Of a DNA stretch of 64,000 nt, positions 1 to 9,357 are shown piece after piece (the first letter of the stretch is position 1; each line of letters starts with the position of its first letter). Under the pieces are notes generated by a model that saw nothing but the letters and a program-made list of their open reading frames with translations, ran no database searches and was not told the origin of the DNA. Where the stretch lies: contig JBBTRQ010000019.1 of NCBI GenBank assembly GCA_038065075.1, forward strand, positions 9,456-73,455, in the 5' to 3' direction. This DNA is from Patescibacteria group bacterium (lineage in GTDB: Bacteria > Patescibacteriota > Patescibacteriia > UBA9934 > GWF2-40-263). The translations under genes and the position numbers were made by a program.

Positions 1-213
1 GTCACCCAGGGCTATCATCTCCACCGGGCCATTTGGACGTGTGAGGCACTGGGAATAGAAAGCGATGGCATCTCGGCCACCCTCCAACCCTATATCAAAG
101 AGATTCCGTTTAAGATCCGCGAGATTGGCGCGATCTATAAAATGTTCATCGACTTGTACCTCATAGAGCCGGAGATCATCGGCGGTGAGTTCATCCAAGA
201 CTTGGATCCATAA
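1..213 (+). CDS. SanA/YdcF (DUF218) family protein, C-terminal part (runs off window)
   Basis: Frame 1 reads VTQGYHLHRAIW...KIREIGA...DP*, which matches the SanA-type VTQxFHxxRA and RE motifs; TAA at 211-213. Confidence 0.65.
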   Translation, partial: VTQGYHLHRAIWTCEALGIESDGISATLQPYIKEIPFKIREIGAIYKMFIDLYLIEPEIIGGEFIQDLDP

Positions 214-254
214 CAAAAGGCCGCCCCGAGCTAAGTCGAAGGGCGGTCTTTGTT

Positions 255-1505
255 TTACTTCTTGATAAGTTGAATCTCGTCAATGTAGAGAGCCGATCCT
301 TTCGGGAGGCTTCCGAAAAACACGACAAGGTCTTGCACGGTTGATGTTGATTCACGATTGGTGAACTCGTACTCCAGACACTTCCAGGAATCGCTGGCAT
401 TCACGAGCTTGGTGTTCACGACCGAACCGTTCCCGTCAGATCCTGTTTCCTGTGAGAGGTAGAAGCTGACAGACGATTGGCTGGAACTTCCCTGTGCGTA
501 CTTCGCGCGAATCGAGAAGGCATGCTTCGCGTTCTTCTCGAGTTTTCCAGTCGCGATATAGCGCAGTGCCTCATCCGAGAGCTGTGGGCTGGTCGCAACT
601 TCACCGCCTACATAGCCATAACTCCCGTTTGAGAGTCCAAGCGAGTAAGAACCCGCATAGCTCTGGGAAGTCGTGGTCTTGTCGTAAGGAGAAACGGTGG
701 AAGGATAGTCATGCGTACCGTAGTACCAAGCGGCGAGTGAGGAACCGAATCGCAGGTTGTTGTCGCGGGACTCGTTGGACTCGAATCCGATCTTGAACAC
801 ATTTGTTCCACTCGTACCGGCACAGCTGGAGACCGTGTTCGTTGAGGTCGAGCCAGAATTCGTTGTGCCTGAACCGGCAGAGGTCGTGGCGTTCACGTAG
901 GTGAGGTCGAGATCCTGCGCCGCGTAGGCAGTCAAGAGATCCGTCGCCTTGCTAGCGGAGGAGGCCTCAACCAGGATCGGCTTCATAAACGAAACGTTCG
1001 CGCCGGAGTTGCTGATGTTCTTGATCGAAGTCTGCTTGAGGAACACCCGAATCGTCTTGGTGCCACTCACCGTTGGGAAGATGCCATACACGACGTAATC
1101 GGAATCCGATCGTGAGGTTGTCTTTGTTTCCGTGCCCGACAGATATTTCAAAATCTTTCCCTTGCTGTCCAGGTAATACGCGTAGAGATATGGGTTACCT
1201 GAACGATTGCGATCAGACGCGGAATACGAAGTGCGACTATCCGTCTTGTCGGCGTAGGAAGCGATCAAGATATGGGACGAATCGATGTCCTTTGCGCTGA
1301 TGTCCACATAGGCCCATTCACGCTGGGATCCTTCAATCGTTACCTTGTCCGAAGACACCGTTGGAGACCCGTAGGTGCTCCACGTATTGAGGTTTGATGG
1401 CAAGTAGGTCGTCGCCGACGCATGAGCCAAAACCGCTGGTACCGTGCTAAAAAGCACAAAAATGGCCAGCAAAAGGGAGTTCGTAAGACGCATTGAGGCT
1501 GTCAT
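255..1505 (-). CDS. Secreted Ser/Thr-rich protein, probably two beta-sandwich (CBM-like) domains
   Basis: N-terminal signal peptide (LLLAIFVLFSTVPAVLA), S/T linker, C-terminus LYIDEIQLIKK typical of CBM4/9-like folds. Confidence 0.55.
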   Translation of the reverse strand: MTASMRLTNSLLLAIFVLFSTVPAVLAHASATTYLPSNLNTWSTYGSPTVSSDKVTIEGSQREWAYVDISAKDIDSSHILIASYADKTDSRTSYSASDRNRSGNPYLYAYYLDSKGKILKYLSGTETKTTSRSDSDYVVYGIFPTVSGTKTIRVFLKQTSIKNISNSGANVSFMKPILVEASSASKATDLLTAYAAQDLDLTYVNATTSAGSGTTNSGSTSTNTVSSCAGTSGTNVFKIGFESNESRDNNLRFGSSLAAWYYGTHDYPSTVSPYDKTTTSQSYAGSYSLGLSNGSYGYVGGEVATSPQLSDEALRYIATGKLEKNAKHAFSIRAKYAQGSSSQSSVSFYLSQETGSDGNGSVVNTKLVNASDSWKCLEYEFTNRESTSTVQDLVVFFGSLPKGSALYIDEIQLIKK

Positions 1506-1545
1506 ATACCCACAACCTAGGCAAAAAATGGAATTTTGTCAAGGA

Positions 1546-2055
1546 TTACGTGACGGAAACGATTTGGTACGTTGCGGCTCCTCCGGGTGTCGTAAGCTCG
1601 ATTTTCTCTCCCACTGACCGTCCCATGAGCCTTGCCCCCAGTGGAGACTTGAAAGAAAGTTTGCCCTTCACAGGGTCGGCCTCCTGTGGACCCACGATAT
1701 AAAACGTCTTGGTTGTCCCTTGGTCGAGCTCCAACACAACGGTCGAACCCATCTGCACAAGCCCGGACGCGCTGGGTTCAATTTCGATAACGACCTTCAG
1801 TTTCTCCTTGATCGTTGTCGCCTGGTCGTGAAGACGGCGCATGCGACCCTTGGCCTCCTGGTACTCGGCGTTCTCGGAGAAGTCCCCGAACTCTCCTGTT
1901 CGTCGAACGTCGGCGATGGCTTGTGGAAGTTCCTCGTCTTGAATCCGCTCGAGCCTCCGCTTCATCTTTTCGATGGCCTCGGGAGTCAAATACAATGGTT
2001 CCTCTTCTTGGAGCGCCTGCTTCATTATTTGTTTGGGACGAAAAGGGAGTTGCAT
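1546..2055 (-). CDS. greA: GreA/GreB transcription elongation factor
   Basis: GDFSENAEYQEAK and SFKSPLGARLMG motifs. Confidence 0.92.
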   Translation of the reverse strand: MQLPFRPKQIMKQALQEEEPLYLTPEAIEKMKRRLERIQDEELPQAIADVRRTGEFGDFSENAEYQEAKGRMRRLHDQATTIKEKLKVVIEIEPSASGLVQMGSTVVLELDQGTTKTFYIVGPQEADPVKGKLSFKSPLGARLMGRSVGEKIELTTPGGAATYQIVSVT

Positions 2056-2073
2056 ACGGCCCTAGTATACCCC

Positions 2074-2108
2074 AAAACAAAACCAGACTCCCTATGAAGT
2101 CTGGTTTC
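2074..2108 (-). terminator. Intrinsic terminator
   Basis: Hairpin AACCAGACT...AGTCTGGTT followed by TTGTTTT on the minus strand. Confidence 0.6.
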
Positions 2109-2110
2109 TG

Positions 2111-2233
2111 CGTTCTTTCCAAACTCGATGAGATCGACTTGAACGGGATGCCAGCGCTGGAGCCCTACTAAAACGTAGGGCGACAAGCTGGCAGGGACCC
2201 GTGAGAGGCGAGATCGCGAGTTTGGGGAGAACG
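2111..2233 (+). ncRNA. Rod-shaped structured RNA candidate (6S-like)
   Basis: Nested helices CGTTCTTTCCAAACTCG/CGAGTTTGGGGAGAACG, ACGGG/CCCGT, TGCCAGC/GCTGGCA, GCCCTAC/GTAGGGC; G-U pairs favour the + strand. Confidence 0.4.
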
Positions 2234-2234
2234 T

Positions 2235-2387
2235 CTACCACTCGCCTCCGTCGTCGCCATCACCCATGTCCATCTCCATGTCGACGTCGTCCTTCTCTTC
2301 ATCATCGTCGTCCATGTCCTCCTCGTCCTTGTCCATGTCGTCATCGCCGAACTCGTCGTCCGAGACGAAACTGTATTGATACAGCAT
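2235..2387 (-). CDS. Small, highly acidic protein (50 aa)
   Basis: MLYQYSFVSDDEFGDDDMDKDEED...; GGGGAG RBS upstream of ATG 2387. Confidence 0.55.
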   Translation of the reverse strand: MLYQYSFVSDDEFGDDDMDKDEEDMDDDDEEKDDVDMEMDMGDGDDGGEW

Positions 2388-2534
2388 AACGTGGTGCTCC
2401 CCTTCGCTCCTGAGGAGCTTTAGAGAGCGGATCATTTGTTATGAATTAAGTACCTAAAGCTTAGGTGAAACAATAATACCATCTGTGAACGAGTCCTCAA
2501 GAGGCTGTCAAGGGCTATGGTATGATTCAACAAT

Positions 2535-3119
2535 ATGATAGAGGTTGAAAAGAAATATAGGCTCACACCGGAACAAGAAAAACGACTCCTCGAGGGGGCG
2601 ACGCTCTTGAAGAACAAGACCAACGAGGACGTGTATTTCGACACGGCCGATTTTGCTCTCACGCGACAGGACCACTGGTTACGGACACGCTCCGGGCGGT
2701 GGGAGCTCAAACGCCGTGTACATGAACTGGGACATAAGCTGGGAGGAACCGCCTACGATGAAATTGAGGACGAGCCGGGAATCCGCTCATTCCTTCAGTT
2801 GCCTGAAAAAAATTCCCTCGCGGATGATCTCGCGGATGCCGGATACAAACCGTTTGCTCGTATCGTGAAAGAACGCCGGTCGTATGAGAAGGAAGGTTTC
2901 CACATCGATCTGGACATTTGTGATTTTGGCTATGAGCTCGCGGAGATTGAACTGATGCTCGAACACGAGGACGAGCGGCAGGACGCGCTCAAGCGCATCG
3001 AAAATTTTGCTGACCGTCATGAGCTCGACCGGACACCGGTGCGCGGCAAGATCATCGAGTATCTCTACCGATTCAACCGACCGCACTACGACGCGCTCGT
3101 CGAGGCTGGGGTGATATGA
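2535..3119 (+). CDS. CYTH domain protein (triphosphate tunnel metalloenzyme)
   Basis: N-terminal EVEKKY, DVYFDT, WLRTR, LAEIE motifs. Confidence 0.88.
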   Translation: MIEVEKKYRLTPEQEKRLLEGATLLKNKTNEDVYFDTADFALTRQDHWLRTRSGRWELKRRVHELGHKLGGTAYDEIEDEPGIRSFLQLPEKNSLADDLADAGYKPFARIVKERRSYEKEGFHIDLDICDFGYELAEIELMLEHEDERQDALKRIENFADRHELDRTPVRGKIIEYLYRFNRPHYDALVEAGVI

Positions 3120-4003
3120 GCCCAGCGGCAAAACTTCTGCGCTGGTATCGACAGCATGGACGTCCCCTGCCGTGGCGACGTACACGAGATTCGTATCGCG
3201 TCTTGGTGAGCGAGATCATGCTCCAGCAGACGCAGGTCGACCGCGTCGTCGATTTCTACAAGCGCTGGCTCAAACTTTTTCCGACGTGGAAGACTCTCGC
3301 GCGTGCGACCAATGCTCAAGTCATCCACGCCTGGGCGGGACTGGGATACAACCGTCGAGCACTCATGTTGCGCGATGTTGCTCGATACGTGGTCGAGCAC
3401 GGAGTTCCTCGCACGCAAGAGGCCTGGCTCGCGATCAAAGGCATTGGGCCGTACACCGCCGCGGCCGTGAGTGCGTTCGCACAGAAACAACGCACGCTCC
3501 CCATCGACACCAATATCCGCCGCGTGCTCGGCCGGTTGTTGCTCGGTAAGCCGTTTGCCACGCTCGCGGACGACGAAAAAATCCGCTCGAAAGCCGACTT
3601 TCTCCCGCGCCGAGGCGCGTACTACGACGTCCCCCAGGCGATCTTCGACCTGGCGACCGCGATCTGCCCCAAGAATCCTGATTGTGCACGATGCCCGTTG
3701 CGCAATGACTGCCCCTCTGCCAAGCTATTCCTGCAGGGTCGCGTAACAATCCCCAAACGCTCCGTCGCCGTCGCCTGTGAACACAAGCACCGCAACAAAC
3801 CCTTTCCCGACCGCATCTACCGCGGGCGGATTCTCAAGCTCGTTCGAGAATGGGGTCAGGTCGGGTTATGTGCTTTTGGACGACTCATTGACCCAGACTT
3901 TGATAAAAAACTCGACCAAAAATGGATCGAGGCGATGGTCGAGAGACTCGTTCACGATGGACTTCTCGAACACAAAGGGAATAAACTCACCCTTCACGCA
4001 TGA
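3116..4003 (+). CDS. mutY: A/G-specific adenine glycosylase, HhH-GPD family with 4Fe-4S cluster
   Basis: LPWR, VSEIMLQQTQV, WAGLGYNRRA, GIGPYTA, C-x6-C-x2-C-x5-C. Confidence 0.9.
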   Translation: MSPAAKLLRWYRQHGRPLPWRRTRDSYRVLVSEIMLQQTQVDRVVDFYKRWLKLFPTWKTLARATNAQVIHAWAGLGYNRRALMLRDVARYVVEHGVPRTQEAWLAIKGIGPYTAAAVSAFAQKQRTLPIDTNIRRVLGRLLLGKPFATLADDEKIRSKADFLPRRGAYYDVPQAIFDLATAICPKNPDCARCPLRNDCPSAKLFLQGRVTIPKRSVAVACEHKHRNKPFPDRIYRGRILKLVREWGQVGLCAFGRLIDPDFDKKLDQKWIEAMVERLVHDGLLEHKGNKLTLHA

Positions 4004-4097
4004 TGACTTTTGTTCACCCCGGTGAGAAAAAGTAATCATCGTCTGCGGACAAAAGTTCGTATATACGAAAAAATGTCCGCATCCTCAATGTCTACCT

Positions 4098-4523
4098 ATG
4101 CATGACTCAATAAAAATCGGCGCTGGGGTCGTTATTATCAAAGATGGAAAAACACTCCTAGCCAAACGCCAAGGCTCACATGCAGAGGGTTGCTATGGTT
4201 CATTGGGTGGTCACGTGGAGTTTGGCGAGAGTCCTGTCGATGCCGTCAAACGCGAAGCACGGGAGGAACTGGGGATCGAGATTGGCAACGTCCAATTTGT
4301 CTCGTGCACCAACATGCGCAAGTACGGCAAGCACTACGTCGACATTTCATTCGTTGCCGAGATTATTTCGGGAGAGCCGACCATCATGGAACCGCACAAG
4401 ATCGAATCGATCGGGTGGTTCCCGCTGGATGATCTGCCTTCTCCTCTCTTTGAGCCCGTCCGCATCGCGCTGGAGGCAATCAAAACCGGGAGTCGATATT
4501 TTGAAGTCAACGAAACCGTATGA
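4098..4523 (+). CDS. NUDIX hydrolase (MutT/NUDT15-like)
   Basis: Nudix box GGHVEFGESPVDAVKREAREELG. Confidence 0.92.
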   Translation: MHDSIKIGAGVVIIKDGKTLLAKRQGSHAEGCYGSLGGHVEFGESPVDAVKREAREELGIEIGNVQFVSCTNMRKYGKHYVDISFVAEIISGEPTIMEPHKIESIGWFPLDDLPSPLFEPVRIALEAIKTGSRYFEVNETV

Positions 4524-4930
4524 ACTACTTTATTGCCTCACGTTGGAGGAACCGCGATATACTCGATCCCCTCGTAGAACAGATCCGCGCCGCGGGGCAT
4601 GACGTGTACTACTTCGTCGAGAAGACCATCACCAAACACGCGCGTGAGTTGGAGCCCGAGGAGTACATGAAGCGATACGAGTCGATCAAGAACTGGCGCG
4701 AAGATCCCTATTGCAAAAAAATCTACGAACAGGACCTCTGCGGCCTCAAGGAATGCGAAACGCTCTTGTTGATTCTTCCTGCGGGAAAGTCGGCGCACAT
4801 GGAGGCCGGCATCGCACACGGTCTTGGGAAGCGAACCATTCTTGTGGGCGCGGTCGAGGAAACGGAGAGCCTGTATCTCGCGTTTGATGAATGGTATCCA
4901 AGTATCGAAGAATTCATCGCCTCGCTATGA
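4520..4930 (+). CDS. Nucleoside 2-deoxyribosyltransferase-like protein
   Basis: YFIAS start, DL..L..C..LLL..PAGKSAHMEAGIA..LGK motif. Confidence 0.7.
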   Translation: MNYFIASRWRNRDILDPLVEQIRAAGHDVYYFVEKTITKHARELEPEEYMKRYESIKNWREDPYCKKIYEQDLCGLKECETLLLILPAGKSAHMEAGIAHGLGKRTILVGAVEETESLYLAFDEWYPSIEEFIASL

Positions 4931-4990
4931 CGACATGGCTCAAAGAGGAAAAAGCCGGATCCCGGACCTGACCCCAAAATCGGCAGGATC

Positions 4991-5023
4991 AAAAAACCAT
5001 CGGCACATGACCGTTGGTTTTTT
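4991..5023. terminator. Bidirectional intrinsic terminator
   Basis: AAAAAACCATCGG...CCGTTGGTTTTTT. Confidence 0.7.
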
Positions 5024-5027
5024 GTGA

Positions 5028-5266
5028 CTCCACTGAACTAAATTTGGCTCACGGAAGTCGGGTACTGGTTGCCCAGTACGCAGTTTGGACGGAAATCCAG
5101 TCGGAACCGGAGAATCGTCCTCACGTTGCTGCACCCAGTCCGCCGTCGCTCTAGCGAGCTATGGCGGATTTTCAAGGTTTACCGCGGGGTCCTCGCGTTG
5201 CCTCCGAAGAAACAACGGTTCTAGACCCTAAGCCATTGATTTGCCCAAATTAGTTCCATGGAGCTA
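5028..5266 (-). ncRNA. Unidentified ~240-nt structured RNA candidate
   Basis: Extended -10 (TGcTACACT) just upstream, ~20-bp closing stem, UUCG and GCAA tetraloop hairpins on the minus strand, terminator downstream. Confidence 0.55.
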
Positions 5267-5285
5267 TTTCTAGTGTAGCAAATTA

Positions 5286-5726
5286 TTATTGGGTGCGCAC
5301 GTACTGATGGCTCGTCAAGGGAATGTAGTGCACCTGTACTTCGTTCTGTGTCTGCTCAAATCCCGCCAGCGCCACGGTCGGCTCGTTCGGACTCGAGAGA
5401 AAGTCCTCAACACGAATCGGCGTTACGTCGATAGACGTGGCTGGAGCTTGCGCGACGGACGTCCTGGAGGAAACCGTCTGCGGTCCAATCTCCGGCTCAA
5501 TCGAAACCTGCGCGGCCATGAGCGCGAACACGCCCACCATCATACCTCCAGCAAAGAGCGGCGCGGTATACCCCATCATCCGTTCCCATTGGCTGGCGCG
5601 GTGCTCAAAAAACCGCGAACACAGAAGACTGCGTCGCAATTCATAGCGATGCTCTACGTCGCCGGGGTGCTCCTGGGAACCCATGACTTGTAGGAGCTCT
5701 TCGATGTTGAGGGACTTGCGGGACAT
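5286..5726 (-). CDS. Single-TM protein, probable anti-sigma factor
   Basis: Directly downstream of an ECF sigma gene; short cytoplasmic domain plus one TM helix. Confidence 0.55.
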   Translation of the reverse strand: MSRKSLNIEELLQVMGSQEHPGDVEHRYELRRSLLCSRFFEHRASQWERMMGYTAPLFAGGMMVGVFALMAAQVSIEPEIGPQTVSSRTSVAQAPATSIDVTPIRVEDFLSSPNEPTVALAGFEQTQNEVQVHYIPLTSHQYVRTQ

Positions 5727-6286
5727 AGTTGAGGTTCCACCATCAGTGCCTGAAGTTTTTTCAAGGCTCGATGGATATGTGACTTAATGGTTCCCTCCTT
5801 CATGCCAAGTGTGGTCGCGATCTCTGGAACGGTCATGTGGGAAAAGTAGCGAAGTGTCAGGATGTTCTGTTGCCGGCCGTTGAGCTTTCCCATCATCTCG
5901 CGCAACAAGCCGATTTGGCTCTCGAGTTCTGTCGCGTCCTCTCCCATGCGGTAAGCGATATCTGGACGGAAGTCTTCGCGGCCGATGAGCTCCGGCGCCT
6001 CATCCGTGGTGACCTCCAGAAACTTCGATCGTAGACGGTAGTAATTCCCTACTTGAGCGACGGCGATGGCGAAAAGCCATGACTTGAAGCTCGCGCCTTC
6101 TCGAGGTTTGTATCGATGGAGATTTTTCAGAGCCTGGAAAAACGTTTCGCTCGTCAGGTCCTTGGAAATTTCCGCGTTCCCCGTGCGGTTATACATAAAC
6201 CCAAAAACGGGTTGGTAGTACGTGTCGTACAGCCGCCCGAACGCTTCCGGGTCTGATTGTCCGTTGGCAACCAGGGTTTCTTCCAT
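5654..6286 (-). CDS. ECF (sigma-70 group 4) RNA polymerase sigma factor
   Basis: AFGRLYDTY, DLTSETF, FKSWLFAIA, region 4.2 EIATTLGMKEGTIKSHIHRA; start uncertain (6286 or 6331). Confidence 0.92.
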   Translation of the reverse strand: MEETLVANGQSDPEAFGRLYDTYYQPVFGFMYNRTGNAEISKDLTSETFFQALKNLHRYKPREGASFKSWLFAIAVAQVGNYYRLRSKFLEVTTDEAPELIGREDFRPDIAYRMGEDATELESQIGLLREMMGKLNGRQQNILTLRYFSHMTVPEIATTLGMKEGTIKSHIHRALKKLQALMVEPQLCPASPSTSKSSYKSWVPRSTPAT

Positions 6287-6503
6287 AGCTTGTAAGTTAC
6301 AAGTTAGTCGAGTAGCTGACCCATAGCCCATTTATACCATGGGCCAGCAACCCTTTCGACCTTGCACTAGGTAAATCGTAGCACACCTAAAATCGTTGCG
6401 TCTCTCTTTTCAAGGAAACAAAAACCCACCAGCGTGTGGTGGGTGCGTGGGGGGTCACATTGGTGCCGATCGGCTCCTAAGTGCCCCCCCGTAGCCTGAC
6501 GAC

Positions 6504-8540
6504 TCAGGGCGTGTGCGGGGTGAAGCCACCGAAGGCGAAGACCCCTCCGCCCTTGTACTCACCGTTGGCGAGGAAGGTTCCGCCATCGCAGGTGACGACG
6601 TACTTCCCGCCGACCTGGGGGCGGGAGCCGTTGACGAACGTGCAGTTCGTCGGCTCCGGCGGCGAGACGACCGCGGGGGTCGCGGTGGGCTCGGTCGTGG
6701 GCGCCTCGAGCTCGGCCGGCACCGGGGTCAGCCGGGGCCAGCGGGAGCACTTGGCCGGGAGCTTCTCGCACAGGAGCGCGAGGCTCGGGGCCATGAGATC
6801 GTCGTACTCGGCGTCGGTGTCGGGGTACAGGGTGATCTCGGGCAGTCCGCGCTCACGGCGGAGGCCCTTTGCCTCGACGTTGATGCGCAGAGCGTCTTTC
6901 GCTCTGCCGAACTCGCCCTCGAGCGCACAGTCGTGGCCGTAGTGGGCGTCGAGACTGCGGCGGAACCGCTCGCGCAACTCGTAGCGCAAGCTCTGCTCCT
7001 CTCCCGGCGTCTGTTCGATGCCGAGCTCCGTGCGGATGGCGGCCTCGCGCGAAGCCGAGACCTCACCGCGGGTCAGAAAGTGGAAGATGTACGCGATCTC
7101 CCGGCGGTACTCGTCGTCGGGGAGCTCCTTGTTCCAGGCCTCCCAGGTGTCTTCCATCTGGGTGTTGGCGCCGCCCTGGAGATCCTCCAGGATCAGCTTC
7201 TGGGTTGAGGTGATGGCACCCACGCTCTGGTAGAACGGGAGGCCCAGCGCGCAGAGCCCGAGCTCCCGCTCGAAGTCGAGCGAGCCGTCCGTCCCCGAGC
7301 GATTCGGGAACGTGTCGAGCATCGCGACCCAGAAGGCCGTGAGCTCGCGGTCGTTCATCGCCCGGACGCGTATGAGGTACGAGGTCAGGAGGTTCCTCTC
7401 CGTCTCATTCTCCCACATGTCCGTACTCCAGCCACTGTAGCTGCCGGGGTCGATACCCAGAATCGTGGTCGCGGGCTCGACCTTCTCCTCGCCCGCGACG
7501 GCCACCGGGAACATCTCGTCGATAGCCTGACGGGTGTGCGCGAAGTAGAGCTCGCGCAGAACCTGGTCGGCGCGGATGAGCTGATAGAGCTCGAGCGTGC
7601 CGGCCACCGGGGTCGAATAGCAGCCTTCGCCGCACTCGATCCAGATGAGGACGTTGGCGGCGGGGAGCTTGAGGTAGCGCGCCGCGTACTCGCGAGCCTT
7701 GACCTTGTCGGTCTTCCCGAGGATGGCGATGTCCGCCACGACGACCTCGGGGCCGAAGTACCGGCCCAAGCCGCTGAAGTCGTCCTTCTCCCAGGCGGTC
7801 ACCTCGCGGTCGAGGAGCTCGACCAGGATCGAGACGTCGCCCTTGAGGGCAAGCTCGCGTATCTGGTACGGGCTGAGGATCTCGGAGATCTCCCAGCCGT
7901 GGGTCTGGGCGATGTGCTTGGCGACGTCGATCTTGCCGTTGAGGAAGGCGTACTGGGCGACGTCCTGCGTACGGATCACCTGGTCGGCGCCGACCATCTT
8001 CTTGGTCGCACGATCGAGCGTGGCCAGATCTCCGGTGTGGACGGCGATCATCGCAACCGCCTTCCACTCGCCTTCCTTCTCGAGCTCGGTCGAGCAACGC
8101 TTGGCGTCCTCGAGCCGGCCCAGCACGATCCAAATCTGGGCGGCCTCCCACTCGCGATCCTGCGCCTCCAACGCGAGCGCCTCGTCGGCGCGTGGCGCGG
8201 GGGCGTCGGTGGTGCCGTAGTCGGTGCCGGGGTCGGCGACCTTCGCGGCGTCCCAGATGCTGGGGTCGCCCAGGATCGGATCGGGCTTCGAGCGGTCGAC
8301 GCGGAAGTCTGCGGTGTAGCGCCAGATGTCACGCGGGTGCGGGACGGCGGCGTCTGCCTCGATCTGGGTGGCGATGCCGGCGCGCCAGGCCTCGACGGCC
8401 GCGGCGTCCATGAAGGTCTTGTCGACCTCGGGCTCGGGCTCCGGCAGAGGCGCCTGGGTGGGCGAGGGCGGGTCGCTCTGGGGCTGGGAGCAGCCAAAGA
8501 GGACGACGAAGATGGCCAAAAACAGGTGTCGAAGGTTCAT
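6504..8540 (-). CDS. Large hypothetical lipoprotein, GC-rich
   Basis: Lipobox LFGC, GGAG RBS, helical-repeat-like body, Pro-rich linkers. Confidence 0.7.
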   Translation of the reverse strand: MNLRHLFLAIFVVLFGCSQPQSDPPSPTQAPLPEPEPEVDKTFMDAAAVEAWRAGIATQIEADAAVPHPRDIWRYTADFRVDRSKPDPILGDPSIWDAAKVADPGTDYGTTDAPAPRADEALALEAQDREWEAAQIWIVLGRLEDAKRCSTELEKEGEWKAVAMIAVHTGDLATLDRATKKMVGADQVIRTQDVAQYAFLNGKIDVAKHIAQTHGWEISEILSPYQIRELALKGDVSILVELLDREVTAWEKDDFSGLGRYFGPEVVVADIAILGKTDKVKAREYAARYLKLPAANVLIWIECGEGCYSTPVAGTLELYQLIRADQVLRELYFAHTRQAIDEMFPVAVAGEEKVEPATTILGIDPGSYSGWSTDMWENETERNLLTSYLIRVRAMNDRELTAFWVAMLDTFPNRSGTDGSLDFERELGLCALGLPFYQSVGAITSTQKLILEDLQGGANTQMEDTWEAWNKELPDDEYRREIAYIFHFLTRGEVSASREAAIRTELGIEQTPGEEQSLRYELRERFRRSLDAHYGHDCALEGEFGRAKDALRINVEAKGLRRERGLPEITLYPDTDAEYDDLMAPSLALLCEKLPAKCSRWPRLTPVPAELEAPTTEPTATPAVVSPPEPTNCTFVNGSRPQVGGKYVVTCDGGTFLANGEYKGGGVFAFGGFTPHTP

Positions 8541-8657
8541 CGCTGGTCTCCGGAGGGTTACGGGGCGGGAAATGAACACAACACGCAGGCAGGAAGCCCG
8601 CATGAAGGAAACAAAAATACCCTATTTTGGGCATTTTGTCAATGTTTGGACATCAAA

Positions 8658-9335
8658 TTACGTTGAAATATCGTTGAAATCGATAAACTTTACCTCGAGC
8701 GGATCGTTCTCCTCTGGCTGAACCACATGAAACTCGTACAGGCCTGGGAGGTACTCTCGATCCTCGTGAGGGACCTCGCGCATGATGTCCTGAACGAGGC
8801 GTCGTAACTCGACGTCCTCAAAATCGTATTTCCACAGTCCGGTCAGATGATCCTGCCACGCTCGAAGCTCGGGCGTCACGGTTCCGGCACTCACACCGCC
8901 CTGGCCCTGCGTGGTCATCTCGATGATCGCCCGCCCATCTTTTTTCACGACGATGTTCCCACCGAACTTTTCCTCTTCCGTCTCCGCGATGTCCGCCTCC
9001 CAATTCTCTGGATGCTCGCCGACGGTCTGACGCACGAACGCAACGGCTTCCTCAAGTGTCAATTTTGTCTTGCGCACAGGCAGACCCTCTTTAGGCTGCA
9101 AAAAGACAAACAGACGCTTGGAGGGAATCTCGGCGGTCGTCTTTGCGGGGTCGTCGAGAAATTCCTCGACGGAAATATGAACTCGAACATACCGAGGCAA
9201 ATCAAGCTCCTCGAGCGCATCCCAACCTGCCTGTCGAGGTCGATCAAGCTTGCGCGCGAGATCTGGAGCCGCGGACTCAAGTCCCTTGGACCACGCGGCC
9301 ATGCCTTTTCCGATTTGTTCAGATTTTCGTTTCAT
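8658..9335 (-). CDS. Hypothetical protein (possibly ATP-grasp-like)
   Basis: Open ORF from MKRKSEQ; GGNIVV...IEM...G, YEF, KFIDF pattern; fold call is tentative. Confidence 0.55.
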   Translation of the reverse strand: MKRKSEQIGKGMAAWSKGLESAAPDLARKLDRPRQAGWDALEELDLPRYVRVHISVEEFLDDPAKTTAEIPSKRLFVFLQPKEGLPVRKTKLTLEEAVAFVRQTVGEHPENWEADIAETEEEKFGGNIVVKKDGRAIIEMTTQGQGGVSAGTVTPELRAWQDHLTGLWKYDFEDVELRRLVQDIMREVPHEDREYLPGLYEFHVVQPEENDPLEVKFIDFNDIST

Positions 9336-9357
9336 ACAGGCCGTAGCCTGTTTCTCT

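Noticed and set aside
5654-5726. 73-nt overlap of ECF sigma and anti-sigma as a programmed frameshift
   Set aside because: No slippery site or other evidence; likely a tolerated C-terminal extension
7536-8666. 376-aa plus-strand ORF and other overlaps
   Set aside because: Antisense to the GC-rich lipoprotein gene; explained by codon bias
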